The notes beneath the pieces were generated by a model. That model saw only the letters and a program-made list of their open reading frames with translations. It searched no databases and had not been told where the DNA came from. A stretch of 63,451 nucleotides of DNA, the filler included, from Sluysia triapertura (taxonomy: Eukaryota): assembly GCA_046118255.1 (NCBI GenBank). It is 5 parts of 5 records of this genome, joined end to end, with 100 filler letters (N's around TTAATTAATTAA, not from the genome) between each part and the next. Parts side by side here need not be neighbours in the genome. Positions count along the whole stretch, not along the records: positions 11,383 to 24,231 come from JBJNIA010078269.1; positions 24,332 to 36,130 come from JBJNIA010169813.1; 3 more parts are not named here. The stretch is one strand, 5' to 3'. The translations under genes were made by a program, and so were the position numbers. Shown here piece after piece: positions 11,963 to 25,530 of the stretch. Position 1 is the stretch's first letter; each line of letters opens with the position of its first letter.

Positions 11963-13064
11963 AAATCACAATTAGCAATCACAATTTTTATTACTGATTC
12001 TCAGTGCCAATTTATTCCAATTTATGAACAATATCATTTACAATTAGATATTCAAATTTGCGAAGTAGTGATAAATCCAAAGATGAAACAATTTATAAAG
12101 TTAATGATTTCATTTAATGTAATTTTACCAAACAATCATGAATTAAAGATAAAGTTACTAAGTGTACATAAAGATCGTAATGTTATACAGATTATAAAGA
12201 TTATCAAGTTAATGATTTCATTTAATGCAATATTACCAGACAATCATGAATTAAAGATAAAGCAACCAAATGTTCATAAGAATCGCGATGTTATAAAGAT
12301 TATAGAGTTTATCAAGTTAATGATTTCATTTAATGCAATATTACCAATATTTAATGCAATGTATACCAATTCAAAGCTACATATTAAACAACAAAAATGT
12401 AAAAGCATAAATGAATGGAATTAAATTTAAGGCCATCCGAGACAAAAATTGGTGTAAGAGCAATGACACCCAAATATGGTGTCAGACTTACGACACCATA
12501 CCACAGTCGGTTATCAATTGTTAAAAAAATTTTTTACAGACATTCAAATTATCAGTCGAAAGAGGATTTCAGACCAAATAAATCGTGTCTATATAGCATC
12601 ATTCTAAAACATTTAGTTTATTCATATTTTAACAAGTAATGATGAAACATGATAAAGTTGCAATGATCAAATCATCTCAAGATATAATTTTACGATCCTC
12701 AAATCAAATAAAAGCCCTCGATCATCATCCAATTTATGACGTGACCAAACATCTAGATCTAGTGAATCAAATGAATATGCTTCACAATATGGCTTTATCC
12801 ATTTGTAAGGTAAATGATAAATTTAGTGAACGACCGATTAGTAAAGTCGATCATCATCCAATTTATGACGTGACCAAACATCTAGATCTAGTGAATCAAA
12901 TGAATATATTTCACAACATGGCTTTATCCATTTGTAAGGTAAATGATAAATTTAGTGAACTATCCATTAGTAAAGTCGATTACCAACCAATTCATATTAG
13001 TCTTTTGATTAAAGAGTACATAAAGAATTATGAAGACAAAAGTATTTCATCATACGTGATTTAA
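11963..13064 (+). pseudogene. Intronless orphan coding region split into three abutting ORFs, with internal tandem repeats
   Basis: ORFs 12068-12424 (frame open from 11963), 12415-12639 and 12639-13064 abut or overlap. There is a 108-bp (36-aa) repeat x2.3 at 12099-12347 and a 129-bp (43-aa) repeat x2 at 12720-12977. Confidence 0.55.
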
Positions 13065-14019
13065 ACAATCGTTTTTTGTGAATAAATTTGTAGATATTAT
13101 ATAATTTTTCTATAATTTAAATATAATAATGATAATTTATATATATTATCAGACTATATTTAATAATTTATAAATGTATCACAATTACTAATAGTTTTAT
13201 AAGCAATATAATTTTGAATTTTAAACATTTTAATATCAAATTTATTTTAATTTATAATATTATTATTATTCATACATTATTATTATTATTATTGTTATTA
13301 TTATTATTAATATTACTAATTATAATTTTTGCTAAGAATGCGGTCATAACTAGCAGAATAAACTGTTAAATGCAAACTTTGCTTCCTATAGGCAGGCTGC
13401 TTTAACGCTCTCATTGCGATTGAAGCTTTATTTTTAGTAGTTGAAGAAACTTTGTATTATTGAAGTTAGTTGACCCACATTTTTTCGCTATATTTATGTC
13501 GCATCATCCCGAAACTTTGAGTATAATAATTTATCTTTAATTATTTGATTTTAAGTTTAACAAAGTAATTATCTTTAAAACAATATTTAGACCAATGAAC
13601 TACCTTTAATTTTATTTATGTGATACCTTATAATTATTGTTTAAAACCATTCACTTTAAGTTGTGTTTTGTACCACCATTTCTAAATAGTAAATAAAAGT
13701 TCGCGCTAAACTCAGTTAATAATTGTTAATTATTTTACTAAGCTACTGAATCTTTTGGACTTAGCGAATTTATCAGAAATAAGAATATTTGACGAAAAAT
13801 TTTTGATTAGTTATAGAATTAGAAATTTTGAAGAATAATTTTAAAACTTTGTTTATAGAAACTGAAGTCGACGATTTAGACAATCATGAAATATTCGAAA
13901 ACAAAATATTCGAAGTATGTTTGTAAAATAATTTAATTTTGGGCCGCCAAGAGTTAACAAGATTTGGTTTTAATGAGAGATAATTAAAGCGCATCAGTTA
14001 TTTTTATTTTACCATTTAG

Positions 14020-17000
14020 GAAAATTGTCCTATATTCACTTGTAATACACAATTACCAGAAGTGATCGAAATATTCATAAAAGAATCACGCCAGAAAAAG
14101 GCTCAGTTAACACTAGTACCTGTTGATGATGCAAAACCAATTCTAAGGTTTACTGATCATAATGAAGTTATTCATCGTGAAAACGAGGCGCTTGCCATTG
14201 CTGCATGCAGCTATATATTGCATCAAAATCATAGTTTTTCTGGTAATATGGATATTAATTTACGAATTCGTTAGTACTTTGAAAATATTTCGATAAATCG
14301 TTTCTTTTTAGAATGCTACAATTCATATTGTATTAAATAATATTATATTGATTATTTGGATAATTTAAGTACAAAATTATTCTTAATTTTAAATATTTTA
14401 ATTTTGTTATTTGGTTTTAGTTTTAGAAAATACCGTTGTACCTGGTCGATACAAAGTGATTCAAAAAGATCACAATCGTTTTTTGATCGATGGTGCACAT
14501 ACCGTTGAAAGTATTCGAACAACAATTGAATGGTTTCACATTTTACATGATAATCATTGTACCAAGTAATAAAAGGCTTTATATTTATTAAAAAATAGTA
14601 GTATAATCTAAATCTATGGATTTTTCGTACTATACATAATATAGAACAGAATTTTTTTCGAAATTAGACATTACAATTTGTAAATCTAAACATATATGAA
14701 ATCTATTGAATTATAAAGACACGTTTTAAAGTATAAAGTTAATTAGTATAACTAGTTAACTAATTAGTTAAAAAGGTTCCCTTATACTTTATGGCTCCTA
14801 TTCGATGATATGAAATAACTATATATTAAATAAAAATCTTTTGAACATCTAATATATTTTTTCATTTTTATGTTGAAATCATTTTGTTTTTCCTAATTTT
14901 ATTTTTTATTTATACTATGAAGATCAAGATATTTAATATTTATGATCACCGGACGTAGAAATCCAATGAATTTATTAGAAGATTTAGTAGTACGTTAATT
15001 ATTATTTTCATTATTATTATTATTTTTATATAATGAATAATGTATAATTTTTCTGGAAATTATACGATATCAATGTTAAACAAATAAAATTATTTATAAT
15101 TCTTTGTTCTACGGAATACTTTTCGATATTCAAGGTAACGTGTCAGTGTTTCGCAGTTGTGGAACTTGTTTAGTTTATTTTAAAAATAATCTTAATTGTG
15201 CAAAATTAAAATAGTTCATTTATTAATATTTAAAAATGATCGATAAAAATGATAACACTAAGCTTTAGTAACTTAAAATGTACATTTTTAGTATTTCTTT
15301 GTCTTTTAAATAATTTAAATCTAAATAAAGTTATATATTTGTGTTTAATGTTTTTATAACATTATATAAGTATAAAATATATTATATTTTAAATAACTAA
15401 AATACTTATAAAATAAATGATTTTTTGTGCCAATAACTATAATACTCTCAAGAAAAGCTCAAAAAATCTGAAAATTGGGAAGGAATATTTAAAAAAATGC
15501 TTAACTTAGAAGAAAATAAAATAATCCGATGAAGAATGAAAACTAGCATACTTGATCAGCCAGAAACACGTAGTACTAGTAAAGTAGAAATGAAGAACAC
15601 TAGCATACATAAATAATATAAATGATTATATGGCAAGGTAAGATTATACAGAAAAAATTGTCACATAATTACAAAAATATGTAGTGAAATTAATCATAGA
15701 GAAAAATTGAATATAAAAAATTATTTTAGAACAGAATTGGGCACTTATGGTGTCGGCAAAAAATACTATATAAGGAAGTATCTTACGGAGCAATCACAAC
15801 ACAAAAAAATAAAATACAAACAATAATTTATACAATTCAAGTAGATAAAAATGTCCGCGCTAAACCACTCCAAACTCCCTCAGTGTAATGGTGAAGGAAT
15901 ACCTGGTTTGTGGTTCACTCGCGCGCACATAGCTTGTATTTTATTATGGATTAAATCGTACTGATTGGTTAGGGTGATTATTATAATATTAAATTGGGTT
16001 TATTTGATTAGAGTGAGTATTAATTTGTATTTAGTTTTAGTAAATTGAATAGAGATTTTTAAGAGGGACGATGGCATTTTACATATTATTTGTACGCCTA
16101 CAATCCTAAGTAAATAAAAACAATTTTCTGTAACAAATATGTATTAACAACGCATAAATACTGAAAATTAACAGTCGAAACATTTCATAAGTGGATATGA
16201 GTCACTTATCTTTATTCATACCAGTAATAGTTACTAATGAAGAAATAGATCAAATACTTCCCGTCGTTTTTGTGACGTTCAGAACATTAGTTTTATCATT
16301 TATATATAAGGATATTCTGTAATTATATTTGGTGCGTTGAATTTGTTTAGTATTTATATTATATATTCTTATTTTTAATAAAACAGCACCTTTGGCCCTA
16401 GTGAAGTGAGAATTTTAAAGTTATTATAGAAACTATTTACTATTGACTTGATTAAATCGTTTAAAATCTTTTCTTCATTAAATAATCGTGCTTAAGGCAC
16501 TTAAACATACTATAATACTTAAAATTAAAAACAAAACTGAAAATATATTTACGAAAATTTATTTGACATGTATTAAAAATTATATAACTAAATTTACTAG
16601 TTACAGAAACTACTAGCGGAGCTTGCAGCGACATATCCAAGCCTCTTCGACATTTTAACCTTAATAACATTAATATTGTAATAAAATTATAATATAATAC
16701 CATAATACCAACTACTGCTTTCTGAAACCGATGATCTTCAAAATCAACTGCAGCTACATAAGAAAATAACTTGATCTTGGTGTAGCATTTCAAAATTTTT
16801 CAAATATTAGCTCCTGAAGGACAAGACTTAGTATTGGTCGAGGCTATATAAAGTGATAAGGTAGTTGTTCTTAGATTGGTTTCATAATCAAAGCCATTGG
16901 AACTCGACTCATCAATTTCGTCAAATTTTGTCGAGATTAATTGTCACACTAATGTCATTTTCTTTAAATTTATCATCGCTTTTTATTTTTACAGATTCTG

Positions 17001-20000
17001 CAGAACTATTCAAAATTACATCAACATCATCAGTACCATCTGATCCATCTGGTTAAAACTGCATTCTACGTGTAAATCTCTAAAATACTCATCTGCAAAG
17101 TCTTAGACTTCCCTCTAATAAGTGACACCGAAAATCTCTGAAAGAGTTCAGTTAGTCCTCCCGGTTTTTGAATCCATTTAATTTTAAAAATTTACTTAAA
17201 AACTCTTTAGCAATTCGAATTGTTACAGTGTAATTTCAAATTAAAAATTTGGTGGGGCATCACAGCTTTACTTTTTAAAAAAACTCGAATTTCTGGAACC
17301 ATTTATTTTTAAACCAATGTTCAAGATCCCTCTGTCCATCCGTGTTCCTCTTTTGATTGTAGTAGTCAACATGAAGATTCTTTATATATGTTACTTTTTT
17401 GCATTTTCTAAATATTATCCACGGATAATCCGCGCACAGATAATTACTGTACATAAATACTCAAAAATGTTTTTATACATATGATGAAATCATTTAATAA
17501 AGAATATGCGACTTTACTAGAATTGGAGCAAAATGATTTCACCAAACTTAATAGCAACAAGTAATAATCCCCGTGAGTTTCATCTTTAGGAATATCAGCA
17601 AAATTATACTTAGGTCGAATTCTGCATTGCAACGCATATAATTTTCCATTTGTGTTGATTATATCTGAATTATCTTTAAAATTGTAACGTTTATCATGTC
17701 AACAAATTTTTCTTTTTAGGATAATCAAATTGATATAGCAAAAGATTATTTAAATTAAATAAATATTAAACGGATTTTGATCAATAGATGAAATATGTTA
17801 TTATATATAGGTTTAAATTCAGATTGTTCGTTTGTTTAAATGGATTTGTTGTTTGAAAAGAATAATCTTATTAATTTAAAGTTACAGAAATTTAACAGTT
17901 TTGTATTTTAATTTAAATTTAACACATTGTATGCGAGCAACGTACCTTTACGATTTTCTCAGTCTGCCACTGGTACACGGGTCATGCAAAAATGTGTTTA
18001 GCATGTTTGTTTCGTGATGCACATCGACGCTTAAATTATTCGATGAATTTATAAAATTATAACAAAAAATTCATCCAATAATTCGCCACCTGTTTCACTA
18101 AATGTCTAGAAATCGGCCATTTAAAATCATCAATATAATCATAAAAGTGGGCGCATGTAATTTCATGCTACAATATCAAAAATGAATCGCAGTCAAATAT
18201 TCCTAAATTAATTCCGCAAAGGGCTCCTGTGAGAACGTTTTATTACACAGCAATTAAATCTTTAAAATAGTAAAGTAAATCGGAAATGAAATTATCTAAA
18301 CAATTTTTTAATAAATGAAGATTTTTATATATCCGATGGACTTAATTTGTGAACATCTACATATTCATAAGTTTTCTCAAGTTTAATAATTTCTATATTG
18401 AGATTCATAAACATGAGATTCGAAATACATAAACATAAAATCATGTATATAATGTAACATTATTTGACATATTGCTTTTTAGTAATACATTTCTGAACAC
18501 TAACTAGTTCGTTCACCCATATTAGCACATCTACCAAGTGTTGCATTAATTAATAAAAAGAAACTGTCCGCTTTTGTATACTTAACATCACCAGAGTTCA
18601 TATCAAGATTGAGTATTGGATCATCTAAAATATTTGAAAAAATTTTATTTAACCGCTTACATAAAAAATAATGCTTCGTTTTTATTTATAGGAATCAACA
18701 GGACTGTAGAGATATTGACAACGGATTTCATCATTTTGAGGTGTATGATTTACTAATTGTGAATGATTTGATCTTCCTGAGTCTTCACGTATCATTTGAA
18801 ACTGAATTTGATATGATTTCACTTTCTATTTTGCTTTCTATTTTCAATTGAAACTGTTAAAAATAAAAATTTAATGATAGTTACTTCAGTCATAACTGCA
18901 TTGATTTTTAGCATTTAAATAAAATTAGTAATTAAATAATAATAATTGAGTTAGGGAAATAATAATAGTTAAAATAATAGTAAAATAATACATATATAAC
19001 AGCATAATAATAATAAAATAATCACTTAACAGTTTTGACAAATATTATTTTAAATATTTATCTATTCACAATGGTAAATTGATAAATACCCAACAATAGT
19101 AATTTAAAATTAATTATAACTATAATTTATAATTATTCTACTTACAATTTAGAATAATTAATGTATTCAAAAATGAACATGTAAGAAAATATTACTAACG
19201 TATTGCTACTTAAAATATTAGAAAATAATTGAGAAAATTATCTAAATCGCGGTACAATTAATTGAGCTATTTATCCTTAATTGCGGCACTTTTAGTGCAT
19301 AACTTGTACCAATAAATAATTGCCAGATTTTGTCAAATTGCGATACATAATTCAGTTTTAAATTGTTGGTTTTATGAAGTAGTATAAAGTAATATTACGT
19401 TTGATAATAATAGCTTTCCTAGATGAATATGTAGTAGAACGAAAGTTGCGTATCGATAATAGAAAGGTAAAATAGAAAATGATCATAAATCTGCTATCGA
19501 ATAAAGTGTTAACGAACAATAAATATCTCTTAACGAATCCAAATAGTTTACGAGAGCAGTATTAAATAATGAAATAACGATAATAGAATGATAAAAGAGA
19601 GATAAAACAAAAAATAGAATAAAAAAGAAAAATGAAAATGAGATTGTACAACTGCAACAAATACAAGTCATAATAGTAATACTAGGTAAAATTTTGTTTG
19701 AAATTTGTGAGGTTTTAGAATGTATGATATTATAAGAATTTTGTTTTTGTTGTTGATGGTTTGATGTGTTGAAGTTTGTTTAATATGTTATGAGTAATAT
19801 GTTTTGTGTTGATGCTTTCTTGCGATTGTGTTTATAATTAGTGTGTTTTAATCATGAGTTCATTACACACGTAATACATTGCAACCATTTTTTTCATGAT
19901 TTCAGAAATTAAGAGGGTGAGTAGTATACGTAATTTAAATTAATTTTTATTTCAAATTTATTAACTAATTATAATTTATGTATTTAGAAGTTGAAATTTG

Positions 20001-20051
20001 ATAAACTTTTATTAGCTCCAATTATTCCTTACCGAAATATAATTAGTGAAA
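14020..20051 (+). CDS. FPGS: Folylpolyglutamate synthase, partial; exons 14020-14269, 14421-14565, 14923-14989, 19988-20051
   Basis: GT-AG exons in consistent phases give ENCPIFTCNTQLPEV..HRENEALAIAAC / LENTVVPGRYKVI..FLIDGAHTVESIRTTIEWF / RYLIFMITGRRNPMNLLEDLV / KLKFDKLLLAP. These match the FPGS motifs WPGR, DGAHT..S...WF, FN.TG.R.P and FD...F.P. The N-terminal GTKGKGS P-loop and C-terminal VTGSL exons were not found. A tentative further exon starts at 29532 (NALNF..). Confidence 0.85.
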
Positions 20052-20299
20052 GTTAGTTTTAATGTTGTCTTCAATTTAAAGTTTGATTTCAGTTTTGCTG
20101 CAATAATTTGCATGCTTATTTAAATTATTTAATTTAATAGCACAAAAGCAATAAAGAAAATTCATTAATAGGATTTTTTATTTTAATTTGCGCAGTATGT
20201 CGAACGCATAAAGCAATAATAATATTTTATTTTGAACAGACATTTTGCACTATAAATATCTCTCTAAAATTAGCACATTTTCTACTATTTTTATTAAAT

Positions 20300-21290
20300 A
20301 AAATAATGCCATAGGTCTGAATTTCATTAACTCTTCCAACATATCATATAGAAATAATTCAAAATAGATGAATAGAATATATAATATCAAAACATTTATT
20401 CTCGGAGGCTGAATTAACTTTTTAAGAATTAATAAATTCTTACCGTAAGTATATAATTAATGAGGTGACTCCAAGCCATAGATCCGAAGTAAGACTTTTG
20501 TCCATTCTAAAATTGAAAATATTCGATCTGAATAGCGTACGCAAGTTGGATCAAATCGGTTGGTTATTAAACTAAATAATTTGTTATTGTTGTCAGTTGA
20601 TGTCGAAGATAACTTTATTAGAATATCAGATGTTCGACAAATAACATCATGTAGTGTTCCAAACAATTTTTTGTATTTAATTATCTTTAATTTTATTGAC
20701 ATATGTTGATCACAATAAGTACTATTGATTCGATAGTGAATTTTATCGAATTCAACCACAACCCAAAAAATTGCACCATAACAAATTTTACACTTATCAT
20801 TCACAACATTACACTACTTATCATTATAAAATCACAAATGCCTCGTAAAATTTCTTTTATTAACATTTTAAATCAAAATAGTAAACTCAGTGTTCATTGT
20901 CATTTTATTATCATTATGACGCACTATACTTTTTCTTGTCTCCCGATTTTTCATTTTTATCGTTTTTGCGATCTAGTGTTGTTAAGGTTCATATTGGAAA
21001 TTAACTCAAGTTCTTTATTAACCGCTTCCAACGTTATATTAATGTATTTTGTGTAAAGGCAATTCATTTTCAAAACAGAAGCATTGCAATCGGAAGTAAA
21101 ACAAAATATTGAAATTAAATTTGGCAAATCATAAATATGAATATACTAGTATAATTATAAATGAGAATGAAACTTAATTGCCATCGCATAATTCATATTA
21201 GAAAATAAGATCCACAATACTTATCTTCTAAAACATTGATTTGGTGACATTTAATCAGTTCATATTTAATCGTATTTAATAATTTTTACT
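20300..21290 (-). pseudogene. Decayed member of the orphan ORF family (cf. 25531-26841)
   Basis: Colinear peptide matches to the 26841 copy: CHQINVLEDK / CQLSISLLEDR, LRGIC / LRRILC, KIIKYKKLFGTLHD / QIINVQFMSFDGTLHK, and VRYSDRIFSILE / VRFIDRYIIFYILD. Many stops and frameshifts. Boundaries are approximate. Confidence 0.5.
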
Positions 21291-21413
21291 CATTATTTGT
21301 GTTACATTTATTAAAAAATCTGGGTTTATAAAGTGTGATACTTTTTGTAAAAGATTAAATATTTATCATTTTTAAATAAAAATTTATTTGTTAGTTATTT
21401 TTTACGACTAAAT

Positions 21414-21740
21414 ATGAATCTGTTATTTGGAACTAGTTCAAAAGGTAAATCTACAGTGATACATCGCAATTTTGAAGACATTAAAGAAAAACGTAATCAA
21501 AATGGAACAACTTCATGGCGATGCAAACATCATCAATTATTTAAATGCAAAGACCGTTTAATTACCGATGGAAACATGTTAGTTAGAGAGACTCAAGTTG
21601 ACCACACGCATTACACAATAGAAATAATTTTAAATTCTTTTGACGTTTGGTTTTTTAAGTGTGAATCGATTAAATGTATCAATACCAAAAAATTAATTAA
21701 GTTATTATTTTTATTATCATATAAATATACCTATTATTAA
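21414..21740 (+). mobile_element. FLYWCH zinc-finger ORF, probably the N-terminus of a truncated MULE/Mutator transposase
   Basis: FGTSSKGK..F..IKEKRNQNGTTSWRCKHHQLFKCKDRLIT..DHTH fits the WRC-x6-C-x17-HxH FLYWCH pattern. No DDE domain follows. Confidence 0.75.
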
Positions 21741-23500
21741 TAATATTAAATATAAGAGTTGTAGTTATAAATTAAGTAAGATAATATAATAATAGTTTAT
21801 TAATATAAAATAATAATTATGCCAGGAAGGCAAATAAATGTGAACATAATCGTTGAATATTATTAAAAATAATTATTTATAAAAATGAATTATTTTTTAA
21901 AATAAATACGAAAATAAAAATATAAACAAAACAAAATATGGAAAATATCAATAAAATAAAATTATGCTTGATTTCGTAGAAAATATTTTTGCTGAAAAAG
22001 AGATTAATATAAACAAAGATATATTTGTTTATATAATATTTATTTACTCAAAAAAAAACGAAACTTTATATATATTATTTTCTATCAAAATAATTTAAAT
22101 ATAAAATATAATTTAAAAATAATTTTCAATTAGTAATATCGAATAATTTGATAAATTTTATAATCAGATAAAATACTTAACGTGTAATGCTATTAAATTA
22201 ATTCGTAATTATTCATATCAAATTTTAAAAACCTTGTGTCACTTTGATAAAAATATTTTTTAGTCACTCATAGTGATAATTTGTAATGATTCTCTAAAAT
22301 ATTAGCACTTCTTATCAAATAACCTTTTAAGTAGTAATTTAAATATTTTAAAATCTTACTATTGTTTTGAACTCCATATTTTAAACAGTAGAATAAAATC
22401 ATTTTGTTATTGTACAAACGATTATTGAACAATAGTTTAATTTTTTTATAAAATTTTTATAACACACTACCGTCATTAGTGTCATAATAAGGATAAGGAT
22501 AATTTATCTATCACCTTCGATTTCATAGGAATAGTATCTTTTAAATGCTGTGAGTCTTTGGTTTGTTTCAATTATCATAGGCTTATTCTTTTAAGTAGAA
22601 AAACTTATCAAGTTATAAATAGATTTTTGGATTTTATTGATTTTGATTATGTGTGTATGACGTGTGTATATTTTGTTTATTGATTTCTAATATAATTTTT
22701 CAACTTAAGTAATTATTTTATTATTTATTTTTATATTTATTTTATTTTTATTATTGTTTTATTTATTATTTTATTAAATAATCATTTTGTTTCAGTTATT
22801 TTTAAATATTAAAATTATTTTAAATTACTCAAAAAATAAAACAAAAGTCAACAAGGTCGGTTCTAAAATTTCTATAAATAGTAATTAAATTTACAAGCTA
22901 ACTTCAGAACTTCTAATTTGATTCGAAGATAATTTTTAATCGAAATTCTTGAAAGATTTGTGGAGTCGATTATTGGATAATCATCATTTAATTTATTATC
23001 ATTGGTTATTTTATTTTATTAAAGTTGTACCTGCTAAGTGTACATCGTTATATCCACGTAAAATCATTGACATAATTTGTAGAACCATTTAAAGGTTCTT
23101 TCGAAAAATTCTTATTAAAATTATCTTTCTGAATATTAACTGCATAAGTTAATAACTCTATTAATTACATTATTGTACAGATTTTTGTATTTATCTTTTG
23201 ATATACATATTATATCTTCGTAACAAAGTTTAATTTTCATTATCAATTCTGTTTCGAAGAATTACAGTGTAAATTTTAAAGTTTTAAAATAATCAAAATC
23301 TGTACCTTTAGTATATTTCTCCAACAATTATCGGAAGCGTTAATTAAACCAATTGCAAATCCTTTTAACGGATTTCTCGTAAAATTATAACTAATTTCCA
23401 ATTTCTTTTGAAAAAAAGTTCTTCAAAAAAATTTCTTTGAACTAATAGAAGTGCATTGATTTAAATCTAAAGATGTGACCTCCTAGACTTGTTCATCTTT

Positions 23501-23565
23501 AAAATCCAATGGCTGGCCCTGACTGGTAAGTCTAAGTACGTTGGTGGACTTACACAGTCAAAATC
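23501..23565 (-). repeat. GC-richer dispersed motif, inverted copy of 37981-38042
   Basis: AAAATCCAATGGCTGGCCCTGACTGGTAAGTCTAAGTACGTTGGT compared with the reverse complement of the other copy, AAAATCCAACGGCTGGCCCTTACCGGTAAGCCCAGTACGTTGGT. Confidence 0.8.
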
Positions 23566-24231
23566 ATTCATCTTTTATTAGTAAGATAATCTTGCAGATA
23601 ATTATCTTTCTTATATTTTTAATCCTAAATATGTAAGCGTTAGTTTTAAAAATATTTTAATGTGTTACACCACCAATTGTAAATAAACTTTATCACGTCT
23701 AAAATATCCTAATCTTTTATTTTATCTTCAAACTTTATAAAAACCACTAAAATAAAGTGAAGCTATAAATAAGTTACAATAAATAATTCTTTTATGGTAA
23801 TTTATTCATAATTATATGAACAAATTTCAGTAAAATAAATAAATTGATTTTTATTTTATGAATATTTAATTAATATACGAAATGATAAGCACAATTTAGT
23901 ACTATAATAAGTTAAAGAAAGTTTCAGTTGTAATATTTCGACAAAAATTTGGGAGGTAACAATATCACTTTTTAAATAAAATTTTAATATTAATAATCAT
24001 AAATAATTTTTAAGCAATGTTTTTAAATCTTCAAAATAATAAACAGCTTTAAATAAAATATTCGTTGTAATAAAATCAATAAATCAGTGATAAATAAATT
24101 ATGGAATAAATAAATACCGAAATAAATAAAAATTTTAACATGTAAAATTATTAAAATATTATTAAAATATTAACTTGAATTATAAAAGTCGTGATTTTTA
24201 AATTTATAAAATTTTATTCAATTTATAATCT

Positions 24232-24331
24232 NNNNNNNNNNNNNNNNNNNNNNNNNNNNNNNNNNNNNNNNNNNNTTAATTAATTAANNNNNNNNNNNNN
24301 NNNNNNNNNNNNNNNNNNNNNNNNNNNNNNN
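24232..24331. other. Artificial scaffold spacer
   Basis: N44-TTAATTAATTAA-N44. Confidence 0.97.
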
Positions 24332-24469
24332 AGGTTTTGAGTTTATTCAATTATTGATTTTTGATTTAATAATTTGGGAAGATTAAAAATATTAAAAGAC
24401 ACAACAAATACTTAAAAGCTTTTCATCATAATTGATCGTATCGCACAGTATGGATGGGAAGATACATGA

Positions 24470-24518
<49 letters not shown>

Positions 24519-24756
24519 ATTGAATGATTTTTTGAGTAATTTTTGAATAAGTTAAGTTAAAATGATTTTATTTGATTTTATTTGATCACTTCGGAGACTC
24601 CCTACCTGAGTTATTTAAAGCGAGTTTTCAAGCATTTAATTATTATTTTTTGATTTAGCTCTCGTTAAATTGATTTTAATTGAATTTAGGGGGATTCCCT
24701 GCCCAAATCACTCTCTATTTTTTTGGCTATCAAGTTAGAACAGAGCTACTCTATAA

Positions 24757-24811
<55 letters not shown>
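24757..24811. repeat. (AAT)n microsatellite; others at ~6050, 24472, 34047, 36231, 47871 and 61340
   Basis: Perfect triplet runs, several abutting assembly gaps. Confidence 0.95.
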
Positions 24812-25140
24812 TTGATTTCAATTTCTTCAGATAGTGGTATTTTAATTTTGTTGTTCGTTTAATCATCTCTGATTTCTTTGGATTGACTGTTGTGGTCGAA
24901 ATTTAGTTATATTTCATTTAGTTTACTTATACTATTGTTCAAGCGGAAAATTATAATAACAGCTCGTATTTGATTTCTTTTATTATTATATTACTTTTAT
25001 TATTTTAAATTAAGAACGTAATTTTGAATAAATATCATTATTAAAATAAGAAAAGTTGTGATAAGTGAATATTGAAATCATTTAAGGTTTTATTTAAGCG
25101 AATTAAATTAATATTGTATTATTATTATTGATTTAAGGCG
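24811..25140 (-). repeat. Dispersed repeat, homologous to 6740-7130
   Basis: Same shared blocks as listed for 6740-7130. Confidence 0.7.
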
Positions 25141-25530
25141 TAACAGTATTGTACCTGATAAATGAATTTACAAGGATTTTAATATATAATTGGAACATTG
25201 AAATGTATAATGTGAACATTGAAAATTTACTGTAGTTAGAGAATAATCAATAGTTAGTAACCATTTTACTATTACTGAAGATATATTGAAAATTTTTAGT
25301 TAATTTAATTATTAAGTTATTGTTAGTAATTTTAAATAAAGACGCAATTTTGGTGGTTTTAAATATTTATGTGCTGGTTATCTATTTACGTAATTTGTGG
25401 TGTTAATAGGTTGACACCAATTTGGATGTTTTACAAAGTTGGAAGTTTAACTATAATACTGAGTTGATAATTATTTATTAGTGTATTGGTTCGACTAACT
25501 AAATGAAAGGGTATATTGTTTAAATTTAAT

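Noticed and set aside
12720-12977. CRISPR-like repeat array
   Set aside because: Contiguous coding tandem duplication without unique spacers, in a eukaryotic context with no cas genes.
17925-18060. Pumilio-repeat-like SQSATGTRVMQKC
   Set aside because: Single short match followed by a stop, which is insufficient evidence.
21414-21460. GTSSKGKST as the FPGS P-loop
   Set aside because: It lies downstream of the C-terminal FPGS exons and is the start of a FLYWCH domain.
24680-24862. ORFs with poly-Ile or poly-Tyr (also 36175-36393)
   Set aside because: Translations of (AAT)n microsatellites.
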